A DNA stretch of 64,000 nt from an uncultured Methylomirabilota bacterium (GCA_963845565.1 CAWJSJ010000006.1:43386-107385), one strand, 5' to 3'. Counted from the stretch's first letter, positions 41,130 to 51,464 are shown. Made by a program: numbers and translations. The notes: a model not told the origin generated them from the sequence alone.

Positions 41130-42877
41130 CGCCCTTCGCCCCGGTGACGCCGCCGATCACCCGCGGACGCGACTGGACCCTGGACGCGCTGTGGTTGCTG
41201 ATCGTCGTCGGCGTTTCGTCAGCCTGGTGCGTGACGGCCGCCAACCAACTGGGCGCGACGTTCGACGAGCCCTTCTATCTTGCGCAGGGTCTCGAGTTCT
41301 GGCGGACCGGAAGCCATGCCCGGCTCCTGAGCAAGGGCACCATGCCCCTGGCGGTGGACTTGACCACCTTCCCGCTGTACCTGTGGGAGCGATGGGGAGG
41401 GTTTCGTTTCGATCTGGTCGGCGATTTCGATCGCGTGCTCGTGGTGGCACGAGTCGGGACCCTTGTGTTTTGGTGGCTGCTGCTGGGATACGGATGGCTG
41501 GTGGGGCGCCTGCTGGGCGGGCCATGGGGAGGGCGGCTGGCGATCGTGCTGCTCGCGGCCGAACCGAGCTTGCTGGGCCACGCCAGTCTGGCCACCACGG
41601 ATATCGCCGTGACGGCCTGTCTGATGGCACTGGTGTATCACGGTGCCGTCGGACGCGAGGCGGGGTGGTGGCGGCGCGTTGCGATTCCCGCCGTCTGGTA
41701 CGCGGCTGCCGTGCTGGCGAAGGCCTCCGGCCTGGTCTTCGGTCCGCTGTGCCTCGTGGTCGTCGAGGTCGAGCGGCTTGCGCGGGCCGGGGCGTTCCGG
41801 TCGGGCGTCGTCACCCGGTCGCCGTGGGAGCGCCTCCGGCACGCGTGGCGGCAATTGCGGCCGTTCCGCCGAGACCTGGTGCGGATCATGGGCCTTGGCC
41901 TGGTGCTGGTGTTTGTGTACTGCGGCAGCGATTGGAGCGCCGAGCCATCGTTTGTGGCGTGGGCGCAATCCTTGCCCGACGGCCCGACGGGCCAGACGAT
42001 GCGATGGATCGCCGAGCACTTGCGAATCTTTACGAATGCGGGACAGGGACTGGTGAAGCAGATCCAGCACAACATCCGAGGACACTCCGTGTTCCTGCTC
42101 GGGGAGGCGCGGCCGCGCGCGTTCTGGTATTATTTCCCGGTGGCCTTGAGCATCAAGATGACGCTCACCGCGCTGTTGCTTCCCCTGGCGGTTGCCGTGA
42201 TCCACCCGCGCGCACTCCGGAACTGGGCTGTGCTGGCCGCCCTCGCGCTCCTGGTCTTCAGTCTCACCTCCCGGGTGCAAATCGGCGTGCGGATGGTCCT
42301 GCCCATGGTGGCGCTGGGCCTCGTGGGAGTGGCCGCGTCGGTCGCGACGGCATGTCGAGAGCTGGGCCCGGGGTGGCGGCGACGCCTTCTCGCCTCCGGG
42401 GCCGTTGCCGGGGTCATCTGGACGGTTTTCGCGTCCGCCCTGGTATGGCCCCATGGCCTCTGCTACGCCAACGAGCTGTGGGGAGGCACCGAAAACGGAT
42501 ATCTCCATCTGAGCGACTCGAACTACGACTGGGGCCAAGGGCTTCCGGAGCTGGCGCGATGGCAACGATCCCGCGGCGGCCCGCCCGTCGATGTGTGGTA
42601 CTTCGGGACCGATCCCGCCCTGAAGCAATTGCCGGTTCGAGAATTGCCGTTGCACGCGTTGCCCCCCATCGCCGGGCCCGAGGATCTGGCGGCGCGAGTG
42701 CAGGGCCGCTACCTGGCGGTGGGCACGACCGAACTCTACGGAGCATACCAGTCGGAGGAGCGGCGACGCCGGTTGGCCTTCCTTCGTGCGCGCCCGCCCG
42801 TGGCGCGCACCACGACGTTTCTCATCTATGACTTTCCCCGCGAAACCGGTTCCGGCATGGAGAAGCGTGCCCCATGA
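41126..42877 (+). CDS. GT39/PMT-like membrane glycosyltransferase
   Basis: ATFDEPFY, HASLATTD, LAKASG, WYYFPVAL.IK, QIGVR, LSDSNYDWGQGL. Confidence 0.8.
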   Translation: MTPFAPVTPPITRGRDWTLDALWLLIVVGVSSAWCVTAANQLGATFDEPFYLAQGLEFWRTGSHARLLSKGTMPLAVDLTTFPLYLWERWGGFRFDLVGDFDRVLVVARVGTLVFWWLLLGYGWLVGRLLGGPWGGRLAIVLLAAEPSLLGHASLATTDIAVTACLMALVYHGAVGREAGWWRRVAIPAVWYAAAVLAKASGLVFGPLCLVVVEVERLARAGAFRSGVVTRSPWERLRHAWRQLRPFRRDLVRIMGLGLVLVFVYCGSDWSAEPSFVAWAQSLPDGPTGQTMRWIAEHLRIFTNAGQGLVKQIQHNIRGHSVFLLGEARPRAFWYYFPVALSIKMTLTALLLPLAVAVIHPRALRNWAVLAALALLVFSLTSRVQIGVRMVLPMVALGLVGVAASVATACRELGPGWRRRLLASGAVAGVIWTVFASALVWPHGLCYANELWGGTENGYLHLSDSNYDWGQGLPELARWQRSRGGPPVDVWYFGTDPALKQLPVRELPLHALPPIAGPEDLAARVQGRYLAVGTTELYGAYQSEERRRRLAFLRARPPVARTTTFLIYDFPRETGSGMEKRAP

Positions 42878-42893
42878 GCGATCGATCGCCGAG
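42793..42893 (+). repeat. 101-bp direct repeat copy A (gene junction)
   Basis: Colinear with 43766-43866; 17 mismatches by hand alignment, no indels. Confidence 0.9.
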
Positions 42894-42964
42894 GGGCCCG
42901 TACCCTCAGGGGAACCGTTGGCGTGCCGGGGTAGCCGGCGTCGTTTCGAGGAGCGGAGGGTCTC

Positions 42965-43765
42965 ATGGTGGAGCGCGACACCCCGGTTGAGCGCAGGCGC
43001 GAGGGGGGCGGCGCTGCGGTCTCTTACTCGCTGCCGACGACCAACGCGAAGGTCCTCGCGCTGCTGCGCCCGCGCCTCGCCGCGGCCGCCATGGTGCTCG
43101 ACATCGGCGCCGGCGAGGGCTACCTGGCGCGACGCGTCCACGCCGCCATCGTCGAGGGCGGCCATCCGGCGCGGCTGGAGGCCTGCGATCTGTTCCCCGA
43201 GAACTTCCGCGTTTCGGAGGTGCCCTGCCGCGGCATCGACCTCGACGGCGGCCTGCCGTTGCCCGACGGCAGCGTGGACCTGGCCTACTCGGTGGAGGTC
43301 ATAGAGCACCTCGAGGACCAGTTCCGGTTCTTGCGCGAGGTGCACCGCGTGCTGCGGCCGGCCGGGCGCTTCATCGTCACCACGCCCAACGTTCTCAACC
43401 TCACCTCCCGCCTCCGCACGCTGCTCACCGGCTTCCCGGAGCTCTTCGGGCCGCTGCCGCTTCGCGTCGAGGAGCCGCAGCTCCTGGGCGGACACATCCA
43501 CCCGGTCTCGCTCTACTTCCTCAGCTACATGGCGGAGAAGGCGGGCTTCCGTGTGGAGGGGCTCCACATCGACCGGGTCAAGTCGGGCTCGACGGCGGCG
43601 CTCCTCCTCTGGCCGCTGGTGGCGCTGGTCTCGTGGCTCGCGACGGCGCGGGCGCGGCGCAAGGAGCCGGCGGTGTATGCCGAGAACCGGGGGCATGTGG
43701 CACGGCTCAATTCGCTATCGGTGCTGGTGGGTCGCACCATCATCCTGGAACTGGTGCGCGCCTGA
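42965..43765 (+). CDS. Class I SAM-dependent methyltransferase
   Basis: VLDIGAGEG, LPLPDGSVD, VEVIEHL, RVLRPAG, TTPN; GGAGG SD. Confidence 0.9.
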   Translation: MVERDTPVERRREGGGAAVSYSLPTTNAKVLALLRPRLAAAAMVLDIGAGEGYLARRVHAAIVEGGHPARLEACDLFPENFRVSEVPCRGIDLDGGLPLPDGSVDLAYSVEVIEHLEDQFRFLREVHRVLRPAGRFIVTTPNVLNLTSRLRTLLTGFPELFGPLPLRVEEPQLLGGHIHPVSLYFLSYMAEKAGFRVEGLHIDRVKSGSTAALLLWPLVALVSWLATARARRKEPAVYAENRGHVARLNSLSVLVGRTIILELVRA

Positions 43766-43866
43766 CCCGCCCGAGGCGCGCACCACGACGTGTCTCATGG
43801 AGAACTTCCCCCGCGAAACCGGGACCAGCCTAGAGGAGCGCGCACCATGAGTGAACGATCGCCGAG
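43766..43866 (+). repeat. 101-bp direct repeat copy B (gene junction)
   Basis: Begins immediately after the methyltransferase stop and contains the ATG (43847) of the next gene. Confidence 0.9.
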
Positions 43867-45259
43867 CGGCGGTGGGGAGTACCGATGGGCCACCTGGTGC
43901 GTCCTGGCCGCGGCCGCGGTCGTCGCACTCGTCAGCGCGCGTCCCTACGCGGGCGGCTGGAACGACGGAAGCCGGCTCGCCACGGTCGAGAGCCTGGTGG
44001 ACCATGGCACGCTGGTGATCGACCGCTCCATTTTCGTGCAGGTGCCTCGACGGCAGCACCCGGATGACCCCGGACCCTATCCGGCCGGCGACCCGCTCGA
44101 GGAGCAAGGTACGCTGGATCGGCTGTATGTTCAGGGCCACTTCTATTCGGACAAATCCCCGGTGCCGGCCCTGCTGATGGCCGGTCTGTACCAGGGGCTG
44201 CAGTGGGCGACGGGGCTGACCGCCCGGGAGCGACCGGATCTCTTTTGTTACCTGATGACGGTGGGAACCTCGGGCCTCGCCTATCTGGTGGCGGTCTGGT
44301 CGGTGCTCCGGCTTGGCCGCCTCTTGCGGCTTCCGCCGGGCGTCCGGCTGGGACTGGCGGCAAGCCTCGGCCTGGCGACGGTCGCTCTACCGTATGCGCG
44401 TCACGTCAATAACCACATCCTACTGTTGGGGGTGACCGCCCCGTTGTTGGTCTGTCTGGTCGGGTTGGCCGACGATGTGCGCGCCGGGCGTCTCTCCTGG
44501 TGGCGACTGGTCGGGATCGGAAGCCTGGCGGGACTGGCATACTCGATCGATCTCGGGGCCGGGCCGGCGATCTTGTCGGCCACCATGCTCCTGATCGCCT
44601 ATCGGGTCCGGGCGTTCAGGCCCATCGCGTTGTGCCTGCTGGCGGCGCTTCCATGGATCGTCTTGCATCATGCCGTGAATTACGCCATCGGAGGCACCTT
44701 GCGCCCCGCCAATGCCGTCCCGGCGCATCTGGCGGCGGCGGGCGGTGGGTTCACGTCGCAGAACATGACCGGCATGTGGAATCATGCCAATGTCGGGAGC
44801 TTCCTCCTCTACGCCGCCTCGCTGCTGTTCGGAAAGCGGGGCTTCTTTGGGCACAATCTCCCGCTGTTCCTGACGCTCCCGGCCCTGGTCTTTCTGATCC
44901 GGCGACGCCCACGAGAATTCCCCGAGATCCTCTGTGCCCTGGCGTGGTCGGTCGGGACGTGGCTGGTGTACGCGGTCGGATCCACGAATTCCTCCGGGCT
45001 GGCGGCATCCATCCGGTGGTTTGTCCCGCTGCTGGCTCCCGCATATTTCCTCACGGCTCTTTTTCTGCGCGAGCGGCCGGGGTACTACGTCGACTTCATC
45101 ATCCTGAGCGCCTGGGGGTTGGTGATGGCGGCGCTGATGTGGTGGAAGGGCCCCTGGATGCCGCGCATGGTCCCGTTCTTCTGGCCCTTGCAGGGAGCCG
45201 CGCTTCTCAGCTGGCTGGTTGTTCGGATGCGGCAAAGGGACCGGGGCGTGGCGCGGTAG
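43847..45259 (+). CDS. Multi-TM membrane protein, probable GT-C-type transferase
   Basis: WNDGSRLATVESLVD.GT..ID, YSDKSP, NNH; many TM helices; GAGGAG before ATG 43847. Confidence 0.65.
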   Translation: MSERSPSGGGEYRWATWCVLAAAAVVALVSARPYAGGWNDGSRLATVESLVDHGTLVIDRSIFVQVPRRQHPDDPGPYPAGDPLEEQGTLDRLYVQGHFYSDKSPVPALLMAGLYQGLQWATGLTARERPDLFCYLMTVGTSGLAYLVAVWSVLRLGRLLRLPPGVRLGLAASLGLATVALPYARHVNNHILLLGVTAPLLVCLVGLADDVRAGRLSWWRLVGIGSLAGLAYSIDLGAGPAILSATMLLIAYRVRAFRPIALCLLAALPWIVLHHAVNYAIGGTLRPANAVPAHLAAAGGGFTSQNMTGMWNHANVGSFLLYAASLLFGKRGFFGHNLPLFLTLPALVFLIRRRPREFPEILCALAWSVGTWLVYAVGSTNSSGLAASIRWFVPLLAPAYFLTALFLRERPGYYVDFIILSAWGLVMAALMWWKGPWMPRMVPFFWPLQGAALLSWLVVRMRQRDRGVAR

Positions 45260-45334
45260 CACCACCGCAGGTGCGGAGAGGGCGGGGCAAGTTCGTGGGC
45301 TCTTGGCGTTCTCCGCGGACTTGCGAGGTGGGCG

Positions 45335-45570
45335 CTAGCCCAGATTCTTCACGAAGGATTCGTGAAGAATCTGGGCTGACCTCACGAGCGGCCATTCCCG
45401 CCCGCAGCGGGAGGAGACGGGGTGGCGGGCGGACCGGGTACCCATCCGCCACGATGGGTGCGGTGTCACCGTGCACCGGGGACGCCTGATCCGTTCCGGA
45501 CCGCCGCCCCCACGGGTTCGTATTAAGCCCGCATTGTTCGCGAGTTGGATTCGCGAACGATGCGGGCTAG
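45335..45570 (-). mobile_element. ~235-bp MITE-like element with two terminal hairpins, CTAG at both ends (copy 1)
   Basis: Reverse-complement homolog of 62634-62867; perfect 19-bp stem agcccagattcttcacgaa/ttcgtgaagaatctgggct. Confidence 0.82.
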
Positions 45571-46295
45571 CGTTGCACGGTTCGGCGAAAACGATGGCCT
45601 CGACTGAGACGCAGACGCCAAGGGAGGAGCGAGGCCTCCAGTATGATCCGTTTTGACATCTTCGACATGCCGCGTTGGCGGCCGTAGAAAACGATTGGCG
45701 CCTCACACAAGCGTCCGCCGGATTTCCAGACCTGATACGCCAACTCAACCTGGAATGCGTACCCGTTGGCCCGCATCTGACCCAAGTCCAACGATTCGAC
45801 CATCGCGCGGCGATAACAGCGAAATCCCGTGGTGATGTCGTGAGCCGGGATCCCCGTGATGGCTCGGACGTACCCATTGGCGAACCAACTCAGCAACACC
45901 CGGCCGATCTCCCAGTCGATGACTCTGACCCCGCCGATGTAGCGGGACCCGAGTACGAGGTCGTGATCGGTCGCCGCCTGTAGCATGGCGGGAATCGCCG
46001 CCGGATCGTGCGACAAGTCGGCATCCATCTGGAGAATCCAGTCGTAGTCCCCTTTGAGGGCCGCGCGAAATCCCTCGATGACCGCGCTCGCGTATCCGAG
46101 TTTCCCGGCGCGATGGACGACGGACACCTCCGGGTGCGCTCGCGCCAATTGGTCGGCCAAGTCACCGGTCCCATCCGGCGATCCGTCATCCACAAACAGG
46201 ATGTCGAGGGACAGGCCCAGCGCCAACAGGCGCTCCGTCAGCGGACGGAGATTGTCGCGCTCGTTGTAGGTGGGGATGACGACGATGGCGGACAT
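45567..46295 (-). CDS. Polyprenol monophosphomannose synthase (Dpm1/Ppm1-like GT2)
   Basis: IPTYNERDN, VDDGSPDGTG, QMDADLSHDP, GSRYIGG, GYAFQVE. Confidence 0.9.
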   Translation of the reverse strand: MSAIVVIPTYNERDNLRPLTERLLALGLSLDILFVDDGSPDGTGDLADQLARAHPEVSVVHRAGKLGYASAVIEGFRAALKGDYDWILQMDADLSHDPAAIPAMLQAATDHDLVLGSRYIGGVRVIDWEIGRVLLSWFANGYVRAITGIPAHDITTGFRCYRRAMVESLDLGQMRANGYAFQVELAYQVWKSGGRLCEAPIVFYGRQRGMSKMSKRIILEASLLPWRLRLSRGHRFRRTVQR

Positions 46296-46418
46296 GGACT
46301 GCCTGACTCCTTGATGATTGCGGCGACCGGCGAGTTCTTATCACGGGGTGTGTGGTCTTGCAAGGGAGAAAGAGCTATGATAAGAACGCGTCCCCGGTGA
46401 TGGGGAGAGGAGATCGTC

Positions 46419-47576
46419 GTGGGACACCGATGGGTGAGGTGGCTGGTCGATCAACGACGCGTCCGGGTCGCATGGGCGGCGTGGGCCATCGTGTTCCTCG
46501 TCTTCACGGCCGTGACGTTCGCCAAGCCGGACTTTCGTTCGGTCACCGTGGCCTATCGCACCGCGTCGCAAAACTGGCTCGCCGGGCGCGACATCTATCC
46601 TCAGCGTGAGGGGGAGATGAACTATCTCCCCCAGTTTGCCATCCTGTTCTCGCCCTTCGCGCAGCTGCCCAAAGCGGCCGGTGACACCCTGTGGCGCCTC
46701 CTCCAGATGGGGGTGTTTGTCAGCGCGTTGCGCCGGCTCGCCACGGTGGCCCAGTCAGGTCGGACGGATCTCTTCCTGCTGGTGTCCATCCTGGCGGCGC
46801 CGGTTTCACTCGGTACCGTCATGAACGGGCAATCGAATCTCCTGCTGGCCGGCGCCATGGGTCACGCGGCGGTCGATCTCTTGCGTCATCGGAACTGGGC
46901 AGTGGCCGGTTGGCTGACCGTGGGGCTGATCGCCAAGCCGATCGCCGTGGTGATGGCCCTTCTGGTGGCGGCGACTGACGGCACCGTGGTCCCGTGGCTC
47001 CTCGGCGGAATAGCGCTGACCGCCCTGGCCCCGCTGGCATCCGACGCCTGGCCGACGGTTGCGGGATCGTATCATGCCTGGTTTCGCCAACTGCTCTTGC
47101 TGGCGCCGTCGGAAGAGCTTCGGTTCGAGGATCTGGCAGGCCTCCTCCGCGTCCTGGGCTGGCCCCTGGACCCCGGCGTGTGGTTTGTGCTCCGGGTAGC
47201 CGCGGGGGGGGTGATCCTGGCCGCGTGGTGGATCGGCTCTCGGCGATTGGGGGAACCCCACCGCGTGCTGACGCTCCTGGGCCTCTCCGCGGGGTACCTC
47301 ATGCTCTTCAACCCGCGCACGGAGACCAACAGTTATGTTATCCTCGCGCCCGCCATGGCGGTCCTGGCGGCACGACTCGTGGCGGTGGAATCCTCCCGGG
47401 TGGGCTGGATGCTGGCGGCACTGGCGCTGGCGCTCGGAAATTCCGGAATGGGGAACCCCATCTGGCCGCTGACCAAGATCTGGCTCAAGCCGGTCGTGGC
47501 GCTGGCGTTCCTCGGCTGGATGTTCCACAAAATTCTCCGCCGCCCGGCCGTCGCCACGAGCGTGTCCGACGGGTGA
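46419..47576 (+). CDS. Glycosyltransferase family 87 (DUF2029)-like membrane protein
   Basis: NYLPQFAILFSPFAQLP, NGQSN, AKP, LFNPRTETNSY. Confidence 0.75.
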   Translation: MGHRWVRWLVDQRRVRVAWAAWAIVFLVFTAVTFAKPDFRSVTVAYRTASQNWLAGRDIYPQREGEMNYLPQFAILFSPFAQLPKAAGDTLWRLLQMGVFVSALRRLATVAQSGRTDLFLLVSILAAPVSLGTVMNGQSNLLLAGAMGHAAVDLLRHRNWAVAGWLTVGLIAKPIAVVMALLVAATDGTVVPWLLGGIALTALAPLASDAWPTVAGSYHAWFRQLLLLAPSEELRFEDLAGLLRVLGWPLDPGVWFVLRVAAGGVILAAWWIGSRRLGEPHRVLTLLGLSAGYLMLFNPRTETNSYVILAPAMAVLAARLVAVESSRVGWMLAALALALGNSGMGNPIWPLTKIWLKPVVALAFLGWMFHKILRRPAVATSVSDG

Positions 47577-47615
47577 TCGAGGATCGGGGGACCGGATTCA
47601 TCGAGGAGACAGGGC

Positions 47616-48455
47616 ATGCCGCGGGTATCCGTCGTGATCTGTTGCGCGAACGTTGCCGACATGCTTGAGGCGGCCTGTCGGTCTGTCGCCTGGGCCGACG
47701 AGCTCGTCGTTGTGGACTCGGGCTCTACGGACGCCACCGGGGAGATCGCCCAGCGCCTCGCCACCCGGTATGTGGTCGAACCGTGGCGCGGGTACACGGA
47801 ACAAAAGCGGTTTGGCGTCGGGCTGTGCCGGAACGACTGGACGTTCGTGCTGGACGGGGACGAGGAGGTGTCGCCCGAGCTGGGCGACGAAATCTGCCGA
47901 TTGACCGAGGAGGAGATGGAGCGCCGCGACCTCTTCCTGATGCGGCGGCGAAATTACGTGATGGGCCGGTACGTTCGCGCGTTCAGCCCGGATTGGCAGA
48001 ACCGGCTCATCCACCGGGGCCGATGTCGATGGGCGGATGCCAACCTGCACGATCGGCGCATTCCGAGCCACCCATCGCGGGTGGCGCGGTTGCGAGGTTG
48101 GATGGAGCATCGGCGGCACAGCCAGGCGGGGTTCGCCGATTACTTCGACGGCGGGTTGGCGGAAAAGCGGGTGAAGCTCGCCGCCGAGCAGATGTTCCGT
48201 CAGGGGCGGCGGTGCACGTGGCTGGATCTGCTCCTGCGACCCCCGGCCGCGTTCGCCAAGTTCTACCTGCTCAAGCAGGGATTTCTGGACGGCCAATTCG
48301 GCCTGCTGATCGCGCAGCGCGCGGCCTGGGCCGTGCAGCTCCGGTATGCGACCCTCTGGGCGCGTCAGCACGGCGCCGTATGGCAGACCGTCGAGCGCGA
48401 CCCGGGCGCGGTCGCGCCCCCGTCAGCCCCCGCCGGGGATCGGGTCATCCCGTGA
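47616..48455 (+). CDS. GT2 LPS core glycosyltransferase (KdtX/WaaE-like)
   Basis: SVAWADELVVVDSGSTD, WRGYTEQK, LDGDEEVSPEL, YLLKQGFLDG. Confidence 0.85.
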   Translation: MPRVSVVICCANVADMLEAACRSVAWADELVVVDSGSTDATGEIAQRLATRYVVEPWRGYTEQKRFGVGLCRNDWTFVLDGDEEVSPELGDEICRLTEEEMERRDLFLMRRRNYVMGRYVRAFSPDWQNRLIHRGRCRWADANLHDRRIPSHPSRVARLRGWMEHRRHSQAGFADYFDGGLAEKRVKLAAEQMFRQGRRCTWLDLLLRPPAAFAKFYLLKQGFLDGQFGLLIAQRAAWAVQLRYATLWARQHGAVWQTVERDPGAVAPPSAPAGDRVIP

Positions 48456-49741
48456 CCGACCGCCGGCCGGAGCACTCGACCATGGCGCGGCGATGGTTCG
48501 CGCGACCGTGGGCGCGACGCGCCTTCGTCGCCGTGTGCCTGGCAGTCGTGGTCATCCAGACCGTCGTGATCGTTCACCGCCGGGAGACGCAGCGCGGGGA
48601 TTACGACGTCTCGCGGGAGATGGGGCGACGATTCCTCGCCGGCGAGCACCTCTACGCCGGGGGTCTGCACTACCCGTATACGCCGACCGCCGCCCTGTCC
48701 TTCGCGCCGCTCTCGCTGGTGCCGCCCGGGGTCGGGCTGGCGCTCCGCTATGCGGTCTCGATCGTGGCGCTCTGGCTGACGCTCCGCATGCTGCGCGCGC
48801 TGGTCGGGCGTCGCCACCGGCTGGACCCCTCCGCGGTATGTGCGATCGAGGCGCTCACGCTGGTTCTCGCGTCCCAGTACATCGTCCGGGACCTCGACGA
48901 CGGCGGACCGCATCTGCAGTTGGTGGCGATGCTGGTCGCGGGGATCTTCTGTGTGGCGCGGGGGCGGGCGGTCCTCGGGGCGACCTGGTTCGGGCTCGCT
49001 ACCGTGCTGAAGGCGCCGGTCGGCTTGATGCTGCCGTTCTTGCTGTGGAAGCGGCAGTGGAAGGTGGCCGCCATGGCGGTCGCGGCCGCCGTGCTGTGGA
49101 CTGCTCTGCCCATGGCGTGGATGGGGCCCGCGAGCTGGTGGCGCCACCAGGAGGAATGGAGCCGGACGGCCCTTCAGTCGGTCCTGGGGAATACCCAGCC
49201 TGGGGTACGCGAGAGCGAGCAACGGGTCCAGAACCAGAGTCTCAAGCTGGCGCTGACGCGGTACCTGGTGACGTATCCGGACGGCCACCCGCTGCGGCTC
49301 GCCCACCCCGCCTACCTGTCCTTTGGCGCCATGGACGCCCGAGCGGCCGACTGGGTCGTCAAGGGGGTGGTGCTCATGCTCCTCCTCGGCTGCGCGTGGC
49401 TCACCCGGCGGCGATACGGCAGCCTGGACGACCCGAGATGGCCGCTCGAAGGCAGTGCGGTCCTGATCCTGGCCCTGCTGCTCTCGCCGGTGACGTGGAC
49501 CCAGCATCTCGTGCTGATCATCCCGGCGCTGTATCTCGTGATGGTCGAGGGCCAGGCCATCCGGCCGCTCGGCTCGCTGGTCTCCGCCGGGATGTGGACG
49601 TATGCGGTGCTCGCCCTGGTGCTGAATCGAGACACGGTGGGGAAGGCGCTGTCCCTGGTCCTGCTGAGCTACCACATCCACACGCTGGCCCTACTGCTGG
49701 TTCTCGCGATCGTCCTGCTCCGACGGCCAACGGCAGACTGA
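48452..49741 (+). CDS. Glycosyltransferase family 87-like membrane protein
   Basis: YPYTPTAALSFAPL, LKAP, QNQSL, LLSPVTWTQH; GTGA overlap. Confidence 0.75.
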   Translation: MTDRRPEHSTMARRWFARPWARRAFVAVCLAVVVIQTVVIVHRRETQRGDYDVSREMGRRFLAGEHLYAGGLHYPYTPTAALSFAPLSLVPPGVGLALRYAVSIVALWLTLRMLRALVGRRHRLDPSAVCAIEALTLVLASQYIVRDLDDGGPHLQLVAMLVAGIFCVARGRAVLGATWFGLATVLKAPVGLMLPFLLWKRQWKVAAMAVAAAVLWTALPMAWMGPASWWRHQEEWSRTALQSVLGNTQPGVRESEQRVQNQSLKLALTRYLVTYPDGHPLRLAHPAYLSFGAMDARAADWVVKGVVLMLLLGCAWLTRRRYGSLDDPRWPLEGSAVLILALLLSPVTWTQHLVLIIPALYLVMVEGQAIRPLGSLVSAGMWTYAVLALVLNRDTVGKALSLVLLSYHIHTLALLLVLAIVLLRRPTAD

Positions 49742-49764
49742 TTTGTGCGAGGCGAGACCGGGCT

Positions 49765-49868
49765 TAGGAGCCGTTACGAAATAACGTGTCCATTGTTTGT
49801 GATTTCGTTACGGCTCCTTATGCCGTTCCCGAATTTCTCCGGTCACGTTATGCTTTGACAACGGCTCA
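49765..49868. repeat. ~105-bp palindromic REP/MITE-like element, copy 1
   Basis: taggagccgttacgaaat...atttcgttacggctcctta tgccgtt...gacaacggctca; homolog at 58127-58231; ends in the hutH stop. Confidence 0.85.
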
Positions 49869-51410
49869 CGCGAGCGGACCGACCTCTGCCTCCACGTCGG
49901 CCAAGAGACTTCCGTCGTCCACCAACGCGAGGATCCGGTCGAGGTCCGGACGGAGGGCCCGGTCGCGCTCCAGGTGGGCGCTGCAGCGGCGTATGCCGGC
50001 ATGCGCGACGAGGGCGCCCCGCCCCGGCCGGAGCGGGAGCAGGAAATCCAGCCCCTGGGCCGCACAGAGGAATTCCAGCCCCAGGACCGTTGCCAACCGA
50101 TCCGCCACCTGCGCGGCCTTGACGGCGGCGAACCAGCCCATGCTGACGAAGTCCTCCTTGTTGCCGGAGGTGGGGATAGATTGTACGGAGGCAGGGGAGG
50201 CCAAGACCCGGGTCTCAGCCGCCAGGGCGGCGGCCGAGATCTGGGCCATCATGAAGCCCGAATTCAGGCCGCCGGCGTTGACGAGGAAGGCGGGGAGCTC
50301 GCTGAGCTGCGGGTTGACCAGCCGCTCGATCCGACGTTCGACGAATCCGCAGAGGCCCGCCAGGGCCAGGGCCACCACGTCCAGCGCAATGGCCACCGGG
50401 TGTCCGTGGAAATTTCCGCCCGAGAGCGTGTCGCCGCTGTCCGGGAAGACCAGCGGGTTATCCGTTGCGGCGTTGAGCTCCCGGGCAAGCACCGCCTCGG
50501 CGAACGCCAGGGCATCGCGGACGCCCCCGTGGACCTGCGGAATGCAGCGCAGCGTGTAACTATCCTGGATCTTGCCGCAATCCCGGTGAGAGAGATTGAT
50601 CTCGGAGTCCCGGAGCAACCGGCGGAGGTTGTCCGCCGTGGCGACCTGCCCGGGATGCGGGCGCACGGCCTGCAACCGGGGATCGAAGGGCACCACGGAG
50701 CCGCGGAGCGCCTCCAGCGTCATGGCGCTCGCCACATCCGCCAATTTCACCAGGGCCCCGGCACGCACCGAGGCGAGCGCGCCGATGGCGGTCAGTCCGC
50801 ACGTGCCGTTGATGAGCGCCAGCCCCTCCTTGGCTTTGAGCGCGAGCGGGGCAAGTCCCGCGCGCCGCAAGGCCTCGGCGCCCGGGAGGCGCTGCCCGTC
50901 ATGGGTCGCTTCCCCTTCGCCGATCAGGACCAGGGCGAGGTGGGCGAGCGGCGCCAGGTCGCCGCTGGCGCCGACCGAGCCGCGCTCGGGGATGACGGGG
51001 TGAACCCGGCGGTTGAGCAATTCGCAGAGCAGCTCGATGATCTCGGGCCGGACGCCGGAATGGCCCTTGGCCAGGACGTTGGCCCGGAGGAGGATCGTCG
51101 CGCGGGTTTCCGCCTCGCCGATGGGGTTTCCCGTGCCTAGGGCGTGGCTCCGCAGCAGGTTCGCCTGCAACGCGTCGCGATCGGCGCCTCCGATGAAGAC
51201 GTCGCTCAGCGGGCCGAAGCCGGTGCTGACGCCGTAGATCTTCCGCTCGGCGGCCAGGGCGCTCTCGATCACCGTGCGGGCCGCCACGACCTTCGGGCGC
51301 GCGGCAGGTGCGAGCGTCGCCGCCGCGCCGCCTCGCGCGACCTGCTCGACCTGGGACAGCGTCAGATGGTCTCCGTCGAGTAAGACGTGTGTCACGTTGC
51401 GGTCCTCCAT
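49866..51410 (-). CDS. hutH: Histidine ammonia-lyase
   Basis: YGVSTGFG, LLRSHA, GSVGASGDLAPL (MIO Ala-Ser-Gly), KEGLALING, QDSYTLRC, GGNFHG. Confidence 0.93.
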   Translation of the reverse strand: MEDRNVTHVLLDGDHLTLSQVEQVARGGAAATLAPAARPKVVAARTVIESALAAERKIYGVSTGFGPLSDVFIGGADRDALQANLLRSHALGTGNPIGEAETRATILLRANVLAKGHSGVRPEIIELLCELLNRRVHPVIPERGSVGASGDLAPLAHLALVLIGEGEATHDGQRLPGAEALRRAGLAPLALKAKEGLALINGTCGLTAIGALASVRAGALVKLADVASAMTLEALRGSVVPFDPRLQAVRPHPGQVATADNLRRLLRDSEINLSHRDCGKIQDSYTLRCIPQVHGGVRDALAFAEAVLARELNAATDNPLVFPDSGDTLSGGNFHGHPVAIALDVVALALAGLCGFVERRIERLVNPQLSELPAFLVNAGGLNSGFMMAQISAAALAAETRVLASPASVQSIPTSGNKEDFVSMGWFAAVKAAQVADRLATVLGLEFLCAAQGLDFLLPLRPGRGALVAHAGIRRCSAHLERDRALRPDLDRILALVDDGSLLADVEAEVGPLA

Positions 51411-51434
51411 TTCAGCTGTCTACGCGTCCGATGG

Positions 51435-51464
51435 AGCATAACCCTCGGGGAAATCGCGGGTCAA
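51435..51464 (-). promoter_or_regulatory. Putative sigma70 promoter for hutH
   Basis: TTGACC-N18-TATGCT. Confidence 0.55.

Noticed and set aside
41219..43696. 825-aa minus-strand ORF and many similar long antisense ORFs
   Set aside because: Shadow ORFs typical of high-GC DNA opposite well-supported genes; no recognisable motifs.
42793..43866. Diversity-generating retroelement TR/VR pair
   Set aside because: Only 7 of 17 mismatches are at adenines in the putative template, and there is no reverse transcriptase in the window.
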